Shown: positions 18,847 through 28,464, numbered from the stretch's first letter. The stretch: DNA of 64,000 nucleotides from Tissierellia bacterium (GCA_012728335.1 JAAYFG010000055.1:967-64966), one strand, 5' to 3'. Program-made: numbers and translations. The notes: generated from the sequence alone by a model not told the origin.

Positions 18847-19401
18847 TTGGCTAAATATGCAATGGTTTTTGATAAGAGAAGATGCGTAGGTTGTAACGCA
18901 TGTGTTGTTGCTTGCCAACAAAATTATTCTATGCCACCAGAGAATAAATTAAACTGGGTGACAGTAGAAGAAGAGGGAGAATTTCCAAATATTAAAATGG
19001 ATTTCGTTCCACAATTATGTGGACATTGTGAAAACACTCCATGTGTTGAAATCTGTCCAGTAGAAGGCGCTACATATAAAACTAAAGAAGGATATGTTCT
19101 TGTAAATGAAGATCTATGTATTGGTTGTGGAGCTTGTTTAAAAGGATGTCCTTATGGTGCAAGAAGTATAAACGCAGAATCTAATAAAGCTGTAAAATGT
19201 ACTTTTTGTGCAGACATTGTTGAAAATGGTGGCAATCCAGTATGTGTAAACACTTGTCCTACAAGTGCACGTATTTTTGGTGATTTAGAAGACCCTGAAT
19301 CAGAGGTTTCTAAATTATTAGCTAGTGGTGATTTAGAAAGATACGATGTATATATTGGCAATGAATCAGAGGGTATAAACCCTAATGTTTATTATAAATA
19401 G
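18847..19401 (+). CDS. Molybdopterin oxidoreductase 4Fe-4S electron-transfer subunit (DmsB/PsrB/NrfC-like)
   Basis: Four Cys groups: CVGCNACVVAC, CGHCENTPCVEICP, CIGCGACLKGCP and CTFC...CVNTCP. TTG start 6 nt after GGAGGT. Confidence 0.8.
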   Translation: MAKYAMVFDKRRCVGCNACVVACQQNYSMPPENKLNWVTVEEEGEFPNIKMDFVPQLCGHCENTPCVEICPVEGATYKTKEGYVLVNEDLCIGCGACLKGCPYGARSINAESNKAVKCTFCADIVENGGNPVCVNTCPTSARIFGDLEDPESEVSKLLASGDLERYDVYIGNESEGINPNVYYK

Positions 19402-19410
19402 GAGGTCGCC

Positions 19411-21144
19411 ATGCTAAAGGAAATGTGGAAAAAAGAGATATCTAGAAGAAAGTTTTTACAGGCATCAGGATTGGCGGCTACTTCATTAGTACTTCTAAAA
19501 GGCTATGAAAAGCTAACAGAAGACGAAGTAAGAGTTGTTAATAGTCCAGATGCACAAACTTATATTCCAGAAGATGTAGATAAACTTTATACATCATGTT
19601 ATATGTGTGCTATAAACTGTGGTGCTGTTGGTGTTGTAAATAAAGATGGAACAGTTAAGAGAATTGAACCTAATAAAAATGACCCAGTAAGCGGTGGAGC
19701 ACTATGTGCAAAGGGTAATGCTGGTATTGATCAGTTATATGATGAAGACCGTTTAAAAACACCTATGAGAAAAATTGGTGAACATGAATGGGAACAAATT
19801 TCTTGGGATGAAGCATTCGATACCATGTACGATCAATTTACTAGAATCGCATCTGAACACGGACCTGAAACAGTAGTTGGATTAAACCGTAGAGGTTACT
19901 ATACAAGCTACTTAAAAGGCTGGTTACGTACTTATGGTTCGCCAAATGGACCATTGGGACAAGCTAGTATCTGTGATGGTGGAAAGAGAATTGCTCAACA
20001 AATAGCAGTAGGAGCTTCTGGTTTATACTGTGACTTCAAGAATTCAAAATACATTATGTTACTTGGAGCTAACCAATTCGAAGCACCAAGATACAGACTT
20101 GGAATGATAGACGATATACTTACTGCTCAAGAAAATGGAGCTAAATTAATCGTAATCGATCCTAGATTTAACTATACAGCATCAAAAGCTGATGAATTTC
20201 ATCCAATTACGCCAGGGACTGACGGATTATTCCTTCTTTCAATGTGCCATGTAATTGCAAAAAATGGAATGGAAGATTCAGACTTCATTGCGAATCATTC
20301 AGCTGGTTATGAAGAATTTAAAAATGAAATACTACAAGATAAATATGCACCTAGAAATGTAGAAGCTGAAGTAGGAATTAGTGCTGATGACATTGAGAGA
20401 ATGGCGATTGAATTTGCTAGTGCAGAAGGCGCAATTGCTGATACTTCTAGTGGTTTAATCATGTATCAAAGTGGAACGGTATCTGACTGGGCGCTATTAA
20501 ATCTAGTTGCTATGACAGGTAATATGTTAAACAAAGGTGGAATTGTTAAAAAGGCAGGAGCTAAAACTAGCGGACCTAAGTTTGAAGTAGACAATTCTAA
20601 AGATAAAGAAGCATTTGCTAAGTATTTAGGATATGTTTCTTATGAAGGTGGAACTGAAAATGGTAATAGAAATATTATTGCCGACTGTATATTAAATCCA
20701 GAAGCAGTGCCGACTGGACCTAGAGTTGCTGAAGATACCCTTAGCCTTTATGGTGGAAAAGGTATTAAGTCAATAATAGTATATAACACAGAACCAATAG
20801 GAGCACAATCAGACTCTACAAGACTAAAAGAAGCTTTTAATGCTTTAGAATTTGGAGTAGTTGTAGATATATATCTTTCTCAAACTGCAGAAGCAATGCC
20901 AGTGGGAAGTTTAGCATTGCCTGAGTGTACTTATTTAGAAAGATACTCTGTAAGAAGTGCAAATGCATATACTCCAGTTCTAAATATTAACCAACCATTA
21001 ACTGAGCCTATGTGGGAATCTAAAACAGGTTATTGGATATTCTCTAAATTAGGACAAAGATTTGGTTATGAAGAATTTGCAGATTTTGATCCAGAGGATG
21101 ATTTGGGACAAGCAATTGCATCTGTTGAAAATGCAGATCAATGA
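19411..21144 (+). CDS. Tat-signal molybdopterin (bis-MGD) oxidoreductase catalytic subunit, N-terminal 577 codons ending at an in-frame TGA
   Basis: Twin-arginine signal ISRRKFLQASGLAATSLVLL. FS0 cluster motif C63-x2-C66-x3-C70...C99. Candidate Mo-ligand Cys188 (SICDGG). Same reading frame as 21145..21771. Confidence 0.8.
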   Translation: MLKEMWKKEISRRKFLQASGLAATSLVLLKGYEKLTEDEVRVVNSPDAQTYIPEDVDKLYTSCYMCAINCGAVGVVNKDGTVKRIEPNKNDPVSGGALCAKGNAGIDQLYDEDRLKTPMRKIGEHEWEQISWDEAFDTMYDQFTRIASEHGPETVVGLNRRGYYTSYLKGWLRTYGSPNGPLGQASICDGGKRIAQQIAVGASGLYCDFKNSKYIMLLGANQFEAPRYRLGMIDDILTAQENGAKLIVIDPRFNYTASKADEFHPITPGTDGLFLLSMCHVIAKNGMEDSDFIANHSAGYEEFKNEILQDKYAPRNVEAEVGISADDIERMAIEFASAEGAIADTSSGLIMYQSGTVSDWALLNLVAMTGNMLNKGGIVKKAGAKTSGPKFEVDNSKDKEAFAKYLGYVSYEGGTENGNRNIIADCILNPEAVPTGPRVAEDTLSLYGGKGIKSIIVYNTEPIGAQSDSTRLKEAFNALEFGVVVDIYLSQTAEAMPVGSLALPECTYLERYSVRSANAYTPVLNINQPLTEPMWESKTGYWIFSKLGQRFGYEEFADFDPEDDLGQAIASVENADQ

Positions 21145-21771
21145 GATGGTCTTAAAGTTGCTTGGGACGAATTGCTTGAAAATGGAACATGGTTTAAGAA
21201 AGATGCTGAAGCTAGAGATTACGAAAACTATACAAAAGTATTCCCTAACGAAAAGTATCGTTTTGCATTTGTTGGTGATGATATTAATGATGACCATAAA
21301 ATGTTCTTAAGTGTGGGTGGAGAAGCATTTCCAACTTACTTAAAGCCATTAGAACTTACAGATGAGTTCCCATTGAGATTTATGGCTGGTGGTAAAGTTA
21401 TGTGGCACACACAAACTTCTACTAGAAATAATAAATACTTAATGCAAACTTTCGACTCTAATGTAATAGTTAAAGATACTAACTATATAGTTATGAGTGT
21501 TGCAGATGCAGCGGAAAGAGGACTTGAGTCTGGAGATATAGCTACAATAACTTCTCCAATAAATTCATTGGAAACAGAAGTATTAGTTACAGAAAGAATG
21601 CCGAAAGGTTATGTTCATATGACTCACGGATTCGGCCATGATGCTCCATCTCAAAAACTTGCAAATGGTGTAGGGGCTAACTGTTCACAATTGACTGATA
21701 CTCATAGAATAGACCTTTATTCAAATTGCTTTACAGCAAAAGAGGAAATATGTAATGTTGCAAGAGCTTAA
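21145..21771 (+). CDS. C-terminal molybdopterin-dinucleotide-binding domain portion of the same oxidoreductase, in frame after TGA 21142-21144
   Basis: Frame continues DGLKVAWDELLENGTWF... with no stop. First possible restart is TTG 21172, which has no SD. Domain-IV-like content (PLRFMAGGKVMWHTQTS..., MPKGYVHMTHGFGH). Confidence 0.7.
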   Translation, partial: DGLKVAWDELLENGTWFKKDAEARDYENYTKVFPNEKYRFAFVGDDINDDHKMFLSVGGEAFPTYLKPLELTDEFPLRFMAGGKVMWHTQTSTRNNKYLMQTFDSNVIVKDTNYIVMSVADAAERGLESGDIATITSPINSLETEVLVTERMPKGYVHMTHGFGHDAPSQKLANGVGANCSQLTDTHRIDLYSNCFTAKEEICNVARA

Positions 21772-22366
21772 TATTGAAAAGAAAATAGAGAGACTAGAGA
21801 TATTAAACGTACTACTTTCAAAACCTGATGATTTTATTAAGTCAAATATTAGCGATGATAAATTAGTTGAGGTATTAAACGAAGTGTTCCCAGAAAAAAA
21901 CTGGGAATGCTTCAATGAAAGTGAGTTAAAAGACAATATTATTGACAATATATCTAGAGACTATCTTTATCTGTTTGTTGGTGTTTCAAAACCATTGGCA
22001 TCACCTTATATGTCTTCGTACTATAGAGCAAACTCCAGATTAATGGATACTCCAGCAAGGGAAATGCTCGCTTTAATGAAGAAGTGGGGAATAGAAAAAG
22101 ATAGCGAATACAAAGATTTACCAGATCATTTCTTGACGATAATTAATTTAATGTCTGTATTATTGAGTAGTTCTTTAGAATTAGAAGAAGAGCTCTTAAT
22201 CGATGATATAAATAATGATATTAGAGAATTAGCTGGAAAGACCTATGATTACTTGCCGAAAGTAATAGAGAAAGTTGTAGAAAATGAAAAGGCAAAATAT
22301 TATTCAATATTTCTTCAATTACTTATGGATGAAATGGAGATTTTAAAGGAACATGAAATTAGATAG
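21755..22366 (+). CDS. TorD/DmsD-family redox enzyme maturation chaperone
   Basis: 203 aa. YLYLFVG....PLASPYMSSYY pattern typical of the TorD family. Overlaps the end of the catalytic subunit gene. Confidence 0.65.
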   Translation: MLQELNIEKKIERLEILNVLLSKPDDFIKSNISDDKLVEVLNEVFPEKNWECFNESELKDNIIDNISRDYLYLFVGVSKPLASPYMSSYYRANSRLMDTPAREMLALMKKWGIEKDSEYKDLPDHFLTIINLMSVLLSSSLELEEELLIDDINNDIRELAGKTYDYLPKVIEKVVENEKAKYYSIFLQLLMDEMEILKEHEIR

Positions 22367-22937
22367 TGCAATCATATTAGCTGGTGGTAAAAGTAGTAGG
22401 ATGGGATTTGATAAACAGTTAATTGAAATTGACGATATGCTCATTGGAGAATATATAGCTAGAGAACTAAGTATGTGTTTTTCTGAGATAATCATTGTCA
22501 CAAATCGCCCAGAACTATATACTGGTAGTAATTATAAAGTGATAGGAGACATATATCCTGGACATGGTCCTATATCGGGAATCCATGCGGGTTTAGTTGA
22601 ATCCAATTCACAATATAGCTATATTACAGCATGTGATATGCCAATAATTTCTAAGAAGTACATTGAAACCATAATTGAGATTGCAGATGATAATTTTGAA
22701 TTCAAGGGGCTAGTAGTAGGTAAAGGCAAAGAAACAGAGCCTATGAATGGTGTTTATTCAAAATCTCTAATAAGTGATTTAGAAAACAGAATAGTAAGTG
22801 GTAATTATAGAATTAGAAGTATAATTGAGGACAATGAATTCATACATATTGATAAATCAATTTTGAAAGAAGTTGAAGGTGATATTTTTATGAATTTAAA
22901 TATGCCTGAAGATCTGAATAGTATTCAGAATAAATAA
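22353..22937 (+). CDS. mobA: Molybdenum cofactor guanylyltransferase
   Basis: N-terminal AIILAGGKSSRMGFDKQLI motif, 194 aa. Confidence 0.85.
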   Translation: MKLDSAIILAGGKSSRMGFDKQLIEIDDMLIGEYIARELSMCFSEIIIVTNRPELYTGSNYKVIGDIYPGHGPISGIHAGLVESNSQYSYITACDMPIISKKYIETIIEIADDNFEFKGLVVGKGKETEPMNGVYSKSLISDLENRIVSGNYRIRSIIEDNEFIHIDKSILKEVEGDIFMNLNMPEDLNSIQNK

Positions 22938-23007
22938 GTTATAATGTAGCTTTTAACATTAATATAAGCTATATTATATATATACAAAACTAAATATAGA
23001 CAAAATT

Positions 23008-23146
23008 GTATCCGAGCTGTATTTCCTAAAGGGAAACCCATGGAAACCAGCCTGAACTTTTAGTTCACAGGGTTATTTGAGAAATTGAATGGCCTTCCGA
23101 TTTGAAAAGGACACAAAGTAGTCATTATCCGTCATAGAGCCGGAGT
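23008..23146 (+). promoter_or_regulatory. Molybdenum cofactor (Moco RNA motif) riboswitch aptamer
   Basis: P1 halves UCCGAGCU (23011-) and AGAGCCGGA (-23144). Conserved GGCCUUCCGAUUUGAAAAGGAC core closely resembles the Moco motif core as I recall it from E. coli moaA. Located upstream of modA. Confidence 0.7.
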
Positions 23147-23151
23147 TTTAT

Positions 23152-23187
23152 AATGCTATTTTGGTCCTGCCAAATAGCATTTTTTTA
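23152..23187 (+). terminator. Riboswitch expression-platform terminator
   Basis: AATGCTATTT...AAATAGCATT stem plus a T7 run, immediately 3' of the aptamer and 20 nt before modA. Confidence 0.8.
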
Positions 23188-23207
23188 TTATGAAAGGGGA
23201 AAAAAGC

Positions 23208-24020
23208 ATGAAAAGGATAATGACAGTATTACTAGTAGGAATGATGATTTTAACAGGTTGTGGTAAAAATGAAGAAAAGCCAGCAGATGTTAAAGTCGAA
23301 GATAAAAAGGAGATTGTAGTTTTTGCAGCAGCGTCTATGACAGAGTCGCTAGAGGAAATTAAGGGAAAGTACGAAAGTGAAAATCCAGCAATTGAGATAA
23401 TATATACTTTCGATTCTTCAGGAACTCTTAAAACTCAAATTGAAGAGGGTGCTGATGTCGATATATTCATATCTGCAGCTCAAAAACAGATGAATGCGTT
23501 GGATATTGAGTCAGACAAAAACGAAGATCAACTAGATTTTATTTATTCAGAATCAAGAATTGACTTACTAAAAAATAAAGTAGTATTGGCAGTAATAGAG
23601 GGAAATGAAAAAGGGCTTTCAAGTTTTGACGATTTGAATACAGATTTAGTAGAACACATTGCATTGGGAAATGCTGATGTTCCAGTTGGACAATACTCAG
23701 AAGAAATTCTTGGGAATATGGGTATATGGGATGCCATACAACCAAAAGTTACATATGGTTCAAATGTAAAAGAGGTAACTACTTGGGTAAGTGAAAAAAG
23801 CGTTGACTGTGGAATTGTATATGCAACAGATGCGTATTCTGCAGGATTAGAAGCAGTAGCTGAAGCTCCAGAAGGAACTTTAAAAACTGAAGTAGTATAT
23901 CCAGCTGCAATTCTTAAAAACTCAGAAAATCCTGATGAAGCAAAAGCGTTTTTAGATTATTTACAAGGTGAAGATAGTAAAGGCATATTTGAATCAGTTG
24001 GATTCACAATGGCGAAATAG
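23208..24020 (+). CDS. modA: Molybdate ABC transporter substrate-binding lipoprotein
   Basis: Lipobox MILTGCG. ModA-like sequence (VFAAASMTESL, FISAAQKQM). Start at 23208 preferred over 23190 (SD GGGGA). Confidence 0.85.
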   Translation: MKRIMTVLLVGMMILTGCGKNEEKPADVKVEDKKEIVVFAAASMTESLEEIKGKYESENPAIEIIYTFDSSGTLKTQIEEGADVDIFISAAQKQMNALDIESDKNEDQLDFIYSESRIDLLKNKVVLAVIEGNEKGLSSFDDLNTDLVEHIALGNADVPVGQYSEEILGNMGIWDAIQPKVTYGSNVKEVTTWVSEKSVDCGIVYATDAYSAGLEAVAEAPEGTLKTEVVYPAAILKNSENPDEAKAFLDYLQGEDSKGIFESVGFTMAK

Positions 24021-24035
24021 AAAGAGGAGAATAAA

Positions 24036-24710
24036 ATGGATTGGTTTCCACTATTGAATTCCATAAGGATTGCAACAATTTCAACGTTTATTACTTTTTT
24101 CTTAGGTATATTTTTTGCATATTATGTAGCAAAATTACCTAAGGCAATAAAAGGAGTATTAGATGTTATATTAACCCTTCCATTAGTATTACCTCCTACA
24201 GTAATAGGATTTTTCTTACTTAGAATAATGGGGAATAATAGTACTTTTGGTATATTTCTCCAAGAGCAATTCGGTATAAAATTGATTATGACTTGGCATG
24301 CTGCAATCTTTGCAACAATAGTGGTAACTTTTCCACTAATGTATAGAACTGCAAGGGGAGCTTTTGAAGCGTTTGATATGAATTTGAAGTATGCTGCTCA
24401 AACTTTAGGTAAGAAAAACACTTGGATTTTTTGGAGAATTCTGATACCAAACTGTAAGACCGGAATAATTGCAGGAACTGTATTGAGTTTTGCAAGAGCA
24501 CTGGGAGAATACGGTGCAACCAGTATGGTATCAGGATATACTCCTGGTAAGACTGCCACTGTCTCAACTACTGTCTATCAACTTTGGAGGACGGGAAATG
24601 AAATGTTGGCATATAAATGGGTTATGATTAATGTAGCGATTTCATTTGGAATATTGATTATTATGAATATGATGGAGCAAAATGCAAAATCAAGTGTAAA
24701 GGTAAATTAA
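24036..24710 (+). CDS. modB: Molybdate ABC transporter permease
   Basis: 224-aa permease with EAA-like loop (ARALGEYGAT). Lies between modA and modC. Confidence 0.85.
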   Translation: MDWFPLLNSIRIATISTFITFFLGIFFAYYVAKLPKAIKGVLDVILTLPLVLPPTVIGFFLLRIMGNNSTFGIFLQEQFGIKLIMTWHAAIFATIVVTFPLMYRTARGAFEAFDMNLKYAAQTLGKKNTWIFWRILIPNCKTGIIAGTVLSFARALGEYGATSMVSGYTPGKTATVSTTVYQLWRTGNEMLAYKWVMINVAISFGILIIMNMMEQNAKSSVKVN

Positions 24711-24711
24711 T

Positions 24712-25770
24712 ATGTTAATAGTAGATATAAAGAAGAAATTAGATAAATTTGAATTAGACGTGAATTTTGAAACAGAAAATGAAGTCATTGGATTACTTGG
24801 AATGTCTGGAAGCGGCAAAAGTATGACATTAAAATGTATTGCAGGTATTGAAAGACCGGATAGTGGAAGAATAGTATTAAATGACAAAGTGCTTTATGAC
24901 TCTTCCAAGAGAATAAATCTGCCTCCCCAAGAGCGAGGTATTGGTTATTTATTTCAAGACTATGCTCTATTTCCCAATATGACAGTTTATCAAAACATTG
25001 CAGTTGGAATTCATAAGAGTGTCAATAAATCAGAGGTTATAGAAAATATACTTCTCGAAATGGGAATACTTGATAAAGTAAACCACTATCCACATCAAAT
25101 TTCAGGTGGTGAAAAGCAAAGGGTTGCATTGGCAAGAATAGTCGTAAATGAACCTGAAATTCTTCTTTTAGATGAACCCTTTTCAGCACTAGATGAATTT
25201 CTTAGTTGGAAGATTGAAATGGATATGATGGAAACTATAGAAAAACATATAAAAAATGCAATACTTGTTTCACACGATAAAGAAGAAGTGTATAGAATGA
25301 CCGATACAGTATGTGTATTGGATAATGGAAAGTCGCAAAGTAAAAGAGATACTAAAGAATTGTTTTCCAATCCTAATACTTATGCATCGGCAATTTTGTC
25401 TGGGTTGAAGAATTTTTCTGAATATAGAAAAGTTTCGGATGATACGATTTTTCTAGAAGATTTTGGAATAAGTATTGATTTACCAAGAGATGTATTTATA
25501 AATGAAATTGGTACAGTGGGCATAAAACATGATAATATTAGAATCAGCGATGAGGACTTAGGGTCGATGAATGTATATAAAGGTTCGATAAAGAGAGTCG
25601 CCGAAGGAATTGAAAACTCAATCTATATTATTGACATAATAGGGACCGAGAGTAAGAAAAGCTTTGTGATTGATTCTAAAGAAAACTTAGATATGGAATT
25701 TAACATTGGAGATATGGTATATTTAGAGATACCTAAATCAAACATTATTATTATAGAAAGTGACGAATAG
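24712..25770 (+). CDS. modC: Molybdate ABC transporter ATP-binding protein with C-terminal TOBE-like domain
   Basis: Walker A GMSGSGKS, signature ISGGEKQRV, Walker B LLLDEP, about 130-aa C-terminal extension. Confidence 0.85.
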   Translation: MLIVDIKKKLDKFELDVNFETENEVIGLLGMSGSGKSMTLKCIAGIERPDSGRIVLNDKVLYDSSKRINLPPQERGIGYLFQDYALFPNMTVYQNIAVGIHKSVNKSEVIENILLEMGILDKVNHYPHQISGGEKQRVALARIVVNEPEILLLDEPFSALDEFLSWKIEMDMMETIEKHIKNAILVSHDKEEVYRMTDTVCVLDNGKSQSKRDTKELFSNPNTYASAILSGLKNFSEYRKVSDDTIFLEDFGISIDLPRDVFINEIGTVGIKHDNIRISDEDLGSMNVYKGSIKRVAEGIENSIYIIDIIGTESKKSFVIDSKENLDMEFNIGDMVYLEIPKSNIIIIESDE

Positions 25771-27028
25771 AACTATGAATTCTGAAATATTAGTACAAAT
25801 ACATCCAGACGAAGCAATTGAGCTGTTGCTAGCACAAGACATAGATTATGAAATGGAAACTATTTCTCTGGATGATGCTCTAGGAAGAGTTGCAGCAGAA
25901 AATATTTACTCCAAAGTGAATGTACCCCCTTTTGATAGAAGTCCTTATGATGGATATGCATTTAGAGGTGAAGACACAATAGGAGCTAGCAAAGACAAAT
26001 GGGTTGAACTTGAAGTGATAGAAGAGATTCCAGCAGGCACTTGGCCAAAGTATGAGATAAGTTCTGGAACTGCAGCTAAAATTTTAACAGGAGGGCCTGT
26101 TCCTGAAGGGGCAAATGTATGTATAAAATACGAAGAAACGGAATTAATAGATAATAGAATAAAGATTTTTAGAGAAATACAACCTAATACAGATATTGTA
26201 TATATGGGAGAAGACAGAAAAAAAGATGAAGTAATCATTGAAAAGGGCGATGTTTTAAATACTGGAGAGATTGGTGAATTGGCAAGCCAAGGAATATCAA
26301 AGGTAGTGGTTTACAGAAAACCTGTAGTCGGTATATTCAATATGGGAAGTGAATTAACACCACCTGAAGAAAGACTTAAAAAAGGTAAGATTTATAATAG
26401 CAATTATAATGCTTTACGAGCTTTTTTGGAGAATATAGGTATGGAAGTAATTGACTTTGGAATCATTAAGGATGATGAAGAACTTGTAGAACAAAAAACT
26501 ATTGAATCATTAAGCTTAGTAGATATTCTCATAACTACAGGTGGCGCATCAGTTGGAGATTATGAATATGCACTATCGAGTATTAAGAATATTGGTGCAA
26601 AAGTTCTTTTTTGGAAGACTGCAATGAAACCGGGAGGCTCAATAGTAGTATCGAATATAGAAGATAAAATCGTCTTTGGACTATCTGGAAACCCTGCAGC
26701 AGCACTTTTGAGCTTATATAGAGTTGGACTACCATTTTTATATAAAGCTTGTGGTAGGAGAGAACTGAAGCCTGAAACAGTAAATGTATTTCTGAAGGAA
26801 GATTTAGATAAAAATAGTCCGGCAGTTAGATTACTTCGTGGCAAATTAGAGATTGACAATGGAAAAGTTTATTTTGCAGAGAATAAAGAACAAGGTAACG
26901 GCGTAGTGTCATCTTTTGTAAAGTGCGATGCATTTGCTGAAATTCCCATGGGAAGTAAAGCTGTTTCTGCTGGAACATTGGTCAAAGCCTATAGGGTAGG
27001 GAGTTTATTTGGAAGTGTTGGTGAATAG
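25760..27028 (+). CDS. moeA: Molybdopterin molybdenumtransferase (start GTG 25760 or ATG 25775)
   Basis: MoeA-like PPFDRSPYDGYA, ILTGGPVPEGA and ITTGGASVGDYE motifs. Confidence 0.85.
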   Translation: MTNRTMNSEILVQIHPDEAIELLLAQDIDYEMETISLDDALGRVAAENIYSKVNVPPFDRSPYDGYAFRGEDTIGASKDKWVELEVIEEIPAGTWPKYEISSGTAAKILTGGPVPEGANVCIKYEETELIDNRIKIFREIQPNTDIVYMGEDRKKDEVIIEKGDVLNTGEIGELASQGISKVVVYRKPVVGIFNMGSELTPPEERLKKGKIYNSNYNALRAFLENIGMEVIDFGIIKDDEELVEQKTIESLSLVDILITTGGASVGDYEYALSSIKNIGAKVLFWKTAMKPGGSIVVSNIEDKIVFGLSGNPAAALLSLYRVGLPFLYKACGRRELKPETVNVFLKEDLDKNSPAVRLLRGKLEIDNGKVYFAENKEQGNGVVSSFVKCDAFAEIPMGSKAVSAGTLVKAYRVGSLFGSVGE

Positions 27029-27970
27029 ATGAAAGATAGATTTAATAGGGATATTAATTATATGCGTATTTCTGTAACGGATTTGTGCAATTACAGATGC
27101 CAATACTGTATGCCAGAAGACGGCGTCGATAAAAAATGTCATAGTGAAATATTAAGCTATGAAAAAATAGAAGAGATAGTAAAAGTTGCATCTGAATTCG
27201 GAATAAACAAAATCAGACTAACAGGTGGAGAACCACTTATTAGAAAAGGCATAGTTGGACTATGTCAAAAATTGAGTGAAATAGAAAAAATTGACGAAAT
27301 ATGCATCACCACTAATGGAACTCTTCTTAAATCCATGGCTAAAGATTTAAAAGAAGCTGGCGTAGACAGATTAAATATAAGTATTGATACACTGAACTCT
27401 GAAAAATATAGAGAAATGACCAGAAATGGAAAATTAGAAGATGTAATTGAAGGTATAGAACTTGCACTTGAGTTGGGGTTTAAAATCAAATTGAATATTG
27501 TGTTAATTGGTGGATTCAATGATATGGAAATCCCTGAACTTGTGAAATTGACAAGAGATAATGACGTTCAAGTCAGATTTATAGAACTTATGCAAATAGG
27601 GGAAACAGCTAATTGGAGCAAAGATAAATTCATTCCAAATGACTTTGTTTTGGAGGCTGTTACCGAATTAAAACCTATAAATATTGAAGGGGTAGCTAAA
27701 GTATACAAAGTAGACGATTGGAAAGGAACAGTCGGTTTAATTAGTCCTATAAGTAGTTGTTTTTGTGATGATTGTAATAGAATTAGATTAACATCAGATG
27801 GCAAATTAAAACCATGTCTTCATTCCAGCGAGGAAGTAGACTTAAGCAATATGACAGAAGATGAGCTTAGAGAAACGCTTAGAACTTCCATATTTAACAA
27901 GCCGGAGAAACATCATTTAGACGAAGATATAAGCGAAAGTATTCGAAATATGAATCGTATTGGAGGGTAA
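27029..27970 (+). CDS. moaA: GTP 3',8-cyclase (radical SAM)
   Basis: CNYRCQYCMPE radical-SAM motif. C-terminal CxxCxRxRLTSDGKLKPCL motif. Confidence 0.92.
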   Translation: MKDRFNRDINYMRISVTDLCNYRCQYCMPEDGVDKKCHSEILSYEKIEEIVKVASEFGINKIRLTGGEPLIRKGIVGLCQKLSEIEKIDEICITTNGTLLKSMAKDLKEAGVDRLNISIDTLNSEKYREMTRNGKLEDVIEGIELALELGFKIKLNIVLIGGFNDMEIPELVKLTRDNDVQVRFIELMQIGETANWSKDKFIPNDFVLEAVTELKPINIEGVAKVYKVDDWKGTVGLISPISSCFCDDCNRIRLTSDGKLKPCLHSSEEVDLSNMTEDELRETLRTSIFNKPEKHHLDEDISESIRNMNRIGG

Positions 27971-27972
27971 TT

Positions 27973-28464
27973 GTGGACGGAAAAAAGGAATTCACTCACT
28001 TTAATAGTGAAGGAAGAGCAAAGATGGTCGATGTAAGTGAGAAAGACCAAACTTTTAGACAAGCAACTGCTTGCGGAAAAGTCTATTTAAACAGGGAAAC
28101 ATATGAACTAGTAGTTTCTAAAGGCATGAAAAAAGGCGATGTACTTCAAGTTGCTCAAGTTGCTGGAATAATGGGTGCTAAAAAAACGTCGGAAATAATC
28201 CCAATGTGCCATCCTATCATGCTTATGGGAGTAGATATAGAGTTTCAACTAAATGACGAAGAAAACTCAATAAAAATATTGGGGACTACAAAGTGTAAAG
28301 GTGAAACGGGAGTGGAAATGGAAGCTCTTACAGCTGTTAGTGTGGCTGCTCTTACAATATATGATATGTGTAAAGCGATTCAAAAGGATATAGTGATAGA
28401 TGAAATATATTTATTAGAAAAAATTGGTGGCAAAAGTGGACATTATCACAAGGGGGAAATATGA
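27973..28464 (+). CDS. moaC: Cyclic pyranopterin monophosphate synthase
   Basis: MVDVSEK, IIPMCHP and TGVEMEALTA motifs. GTG start 5 nt after GGAGGG. Confidence 0.92.
   Translation: MDGKKEFTHFNSEGRAKMVDVSEKDQTFRQATACGKVYLNRETYELVVSKGMKKGDVLQVAQVAGIMGAKKTSEIIPMCHPIMLMGVDIEFQLNDEENSIKILGTTKCKGETGVEMEALTAVSVAALTIYDMCKAIQKDIVIDEIYLLEKIGGKSGHYHKGEI

Noticed and set aside
19960-19990. Selenocysteine as the molybdenum ligand of the oxidoreductase
   Set aside because: The expected ligand position carries a normal Cys codon (Cys188 in SICDGG). The TGA is about 390 residues further downstream, in a linker.
21142-21144. Genome-wide TGA reassignment (genetic code 4 or 25) as the explanation for the in-frame TGA
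   Set aside because: TGA clearly terminates other well-defined genes in the window: 9484-9486, 30420-30422 and 31679-31681. Standard code 11 therefore applies.
21049-21310. 82-aa ORFs on both strands spanning the TGA junction (21049..21297 minus, 21062..21310 plus)
   Set aside because: They are out of frame with, or antisense to, the oxidoreductase coding sequence. They have no SD and implausible composition, so they do not explain the interruption.
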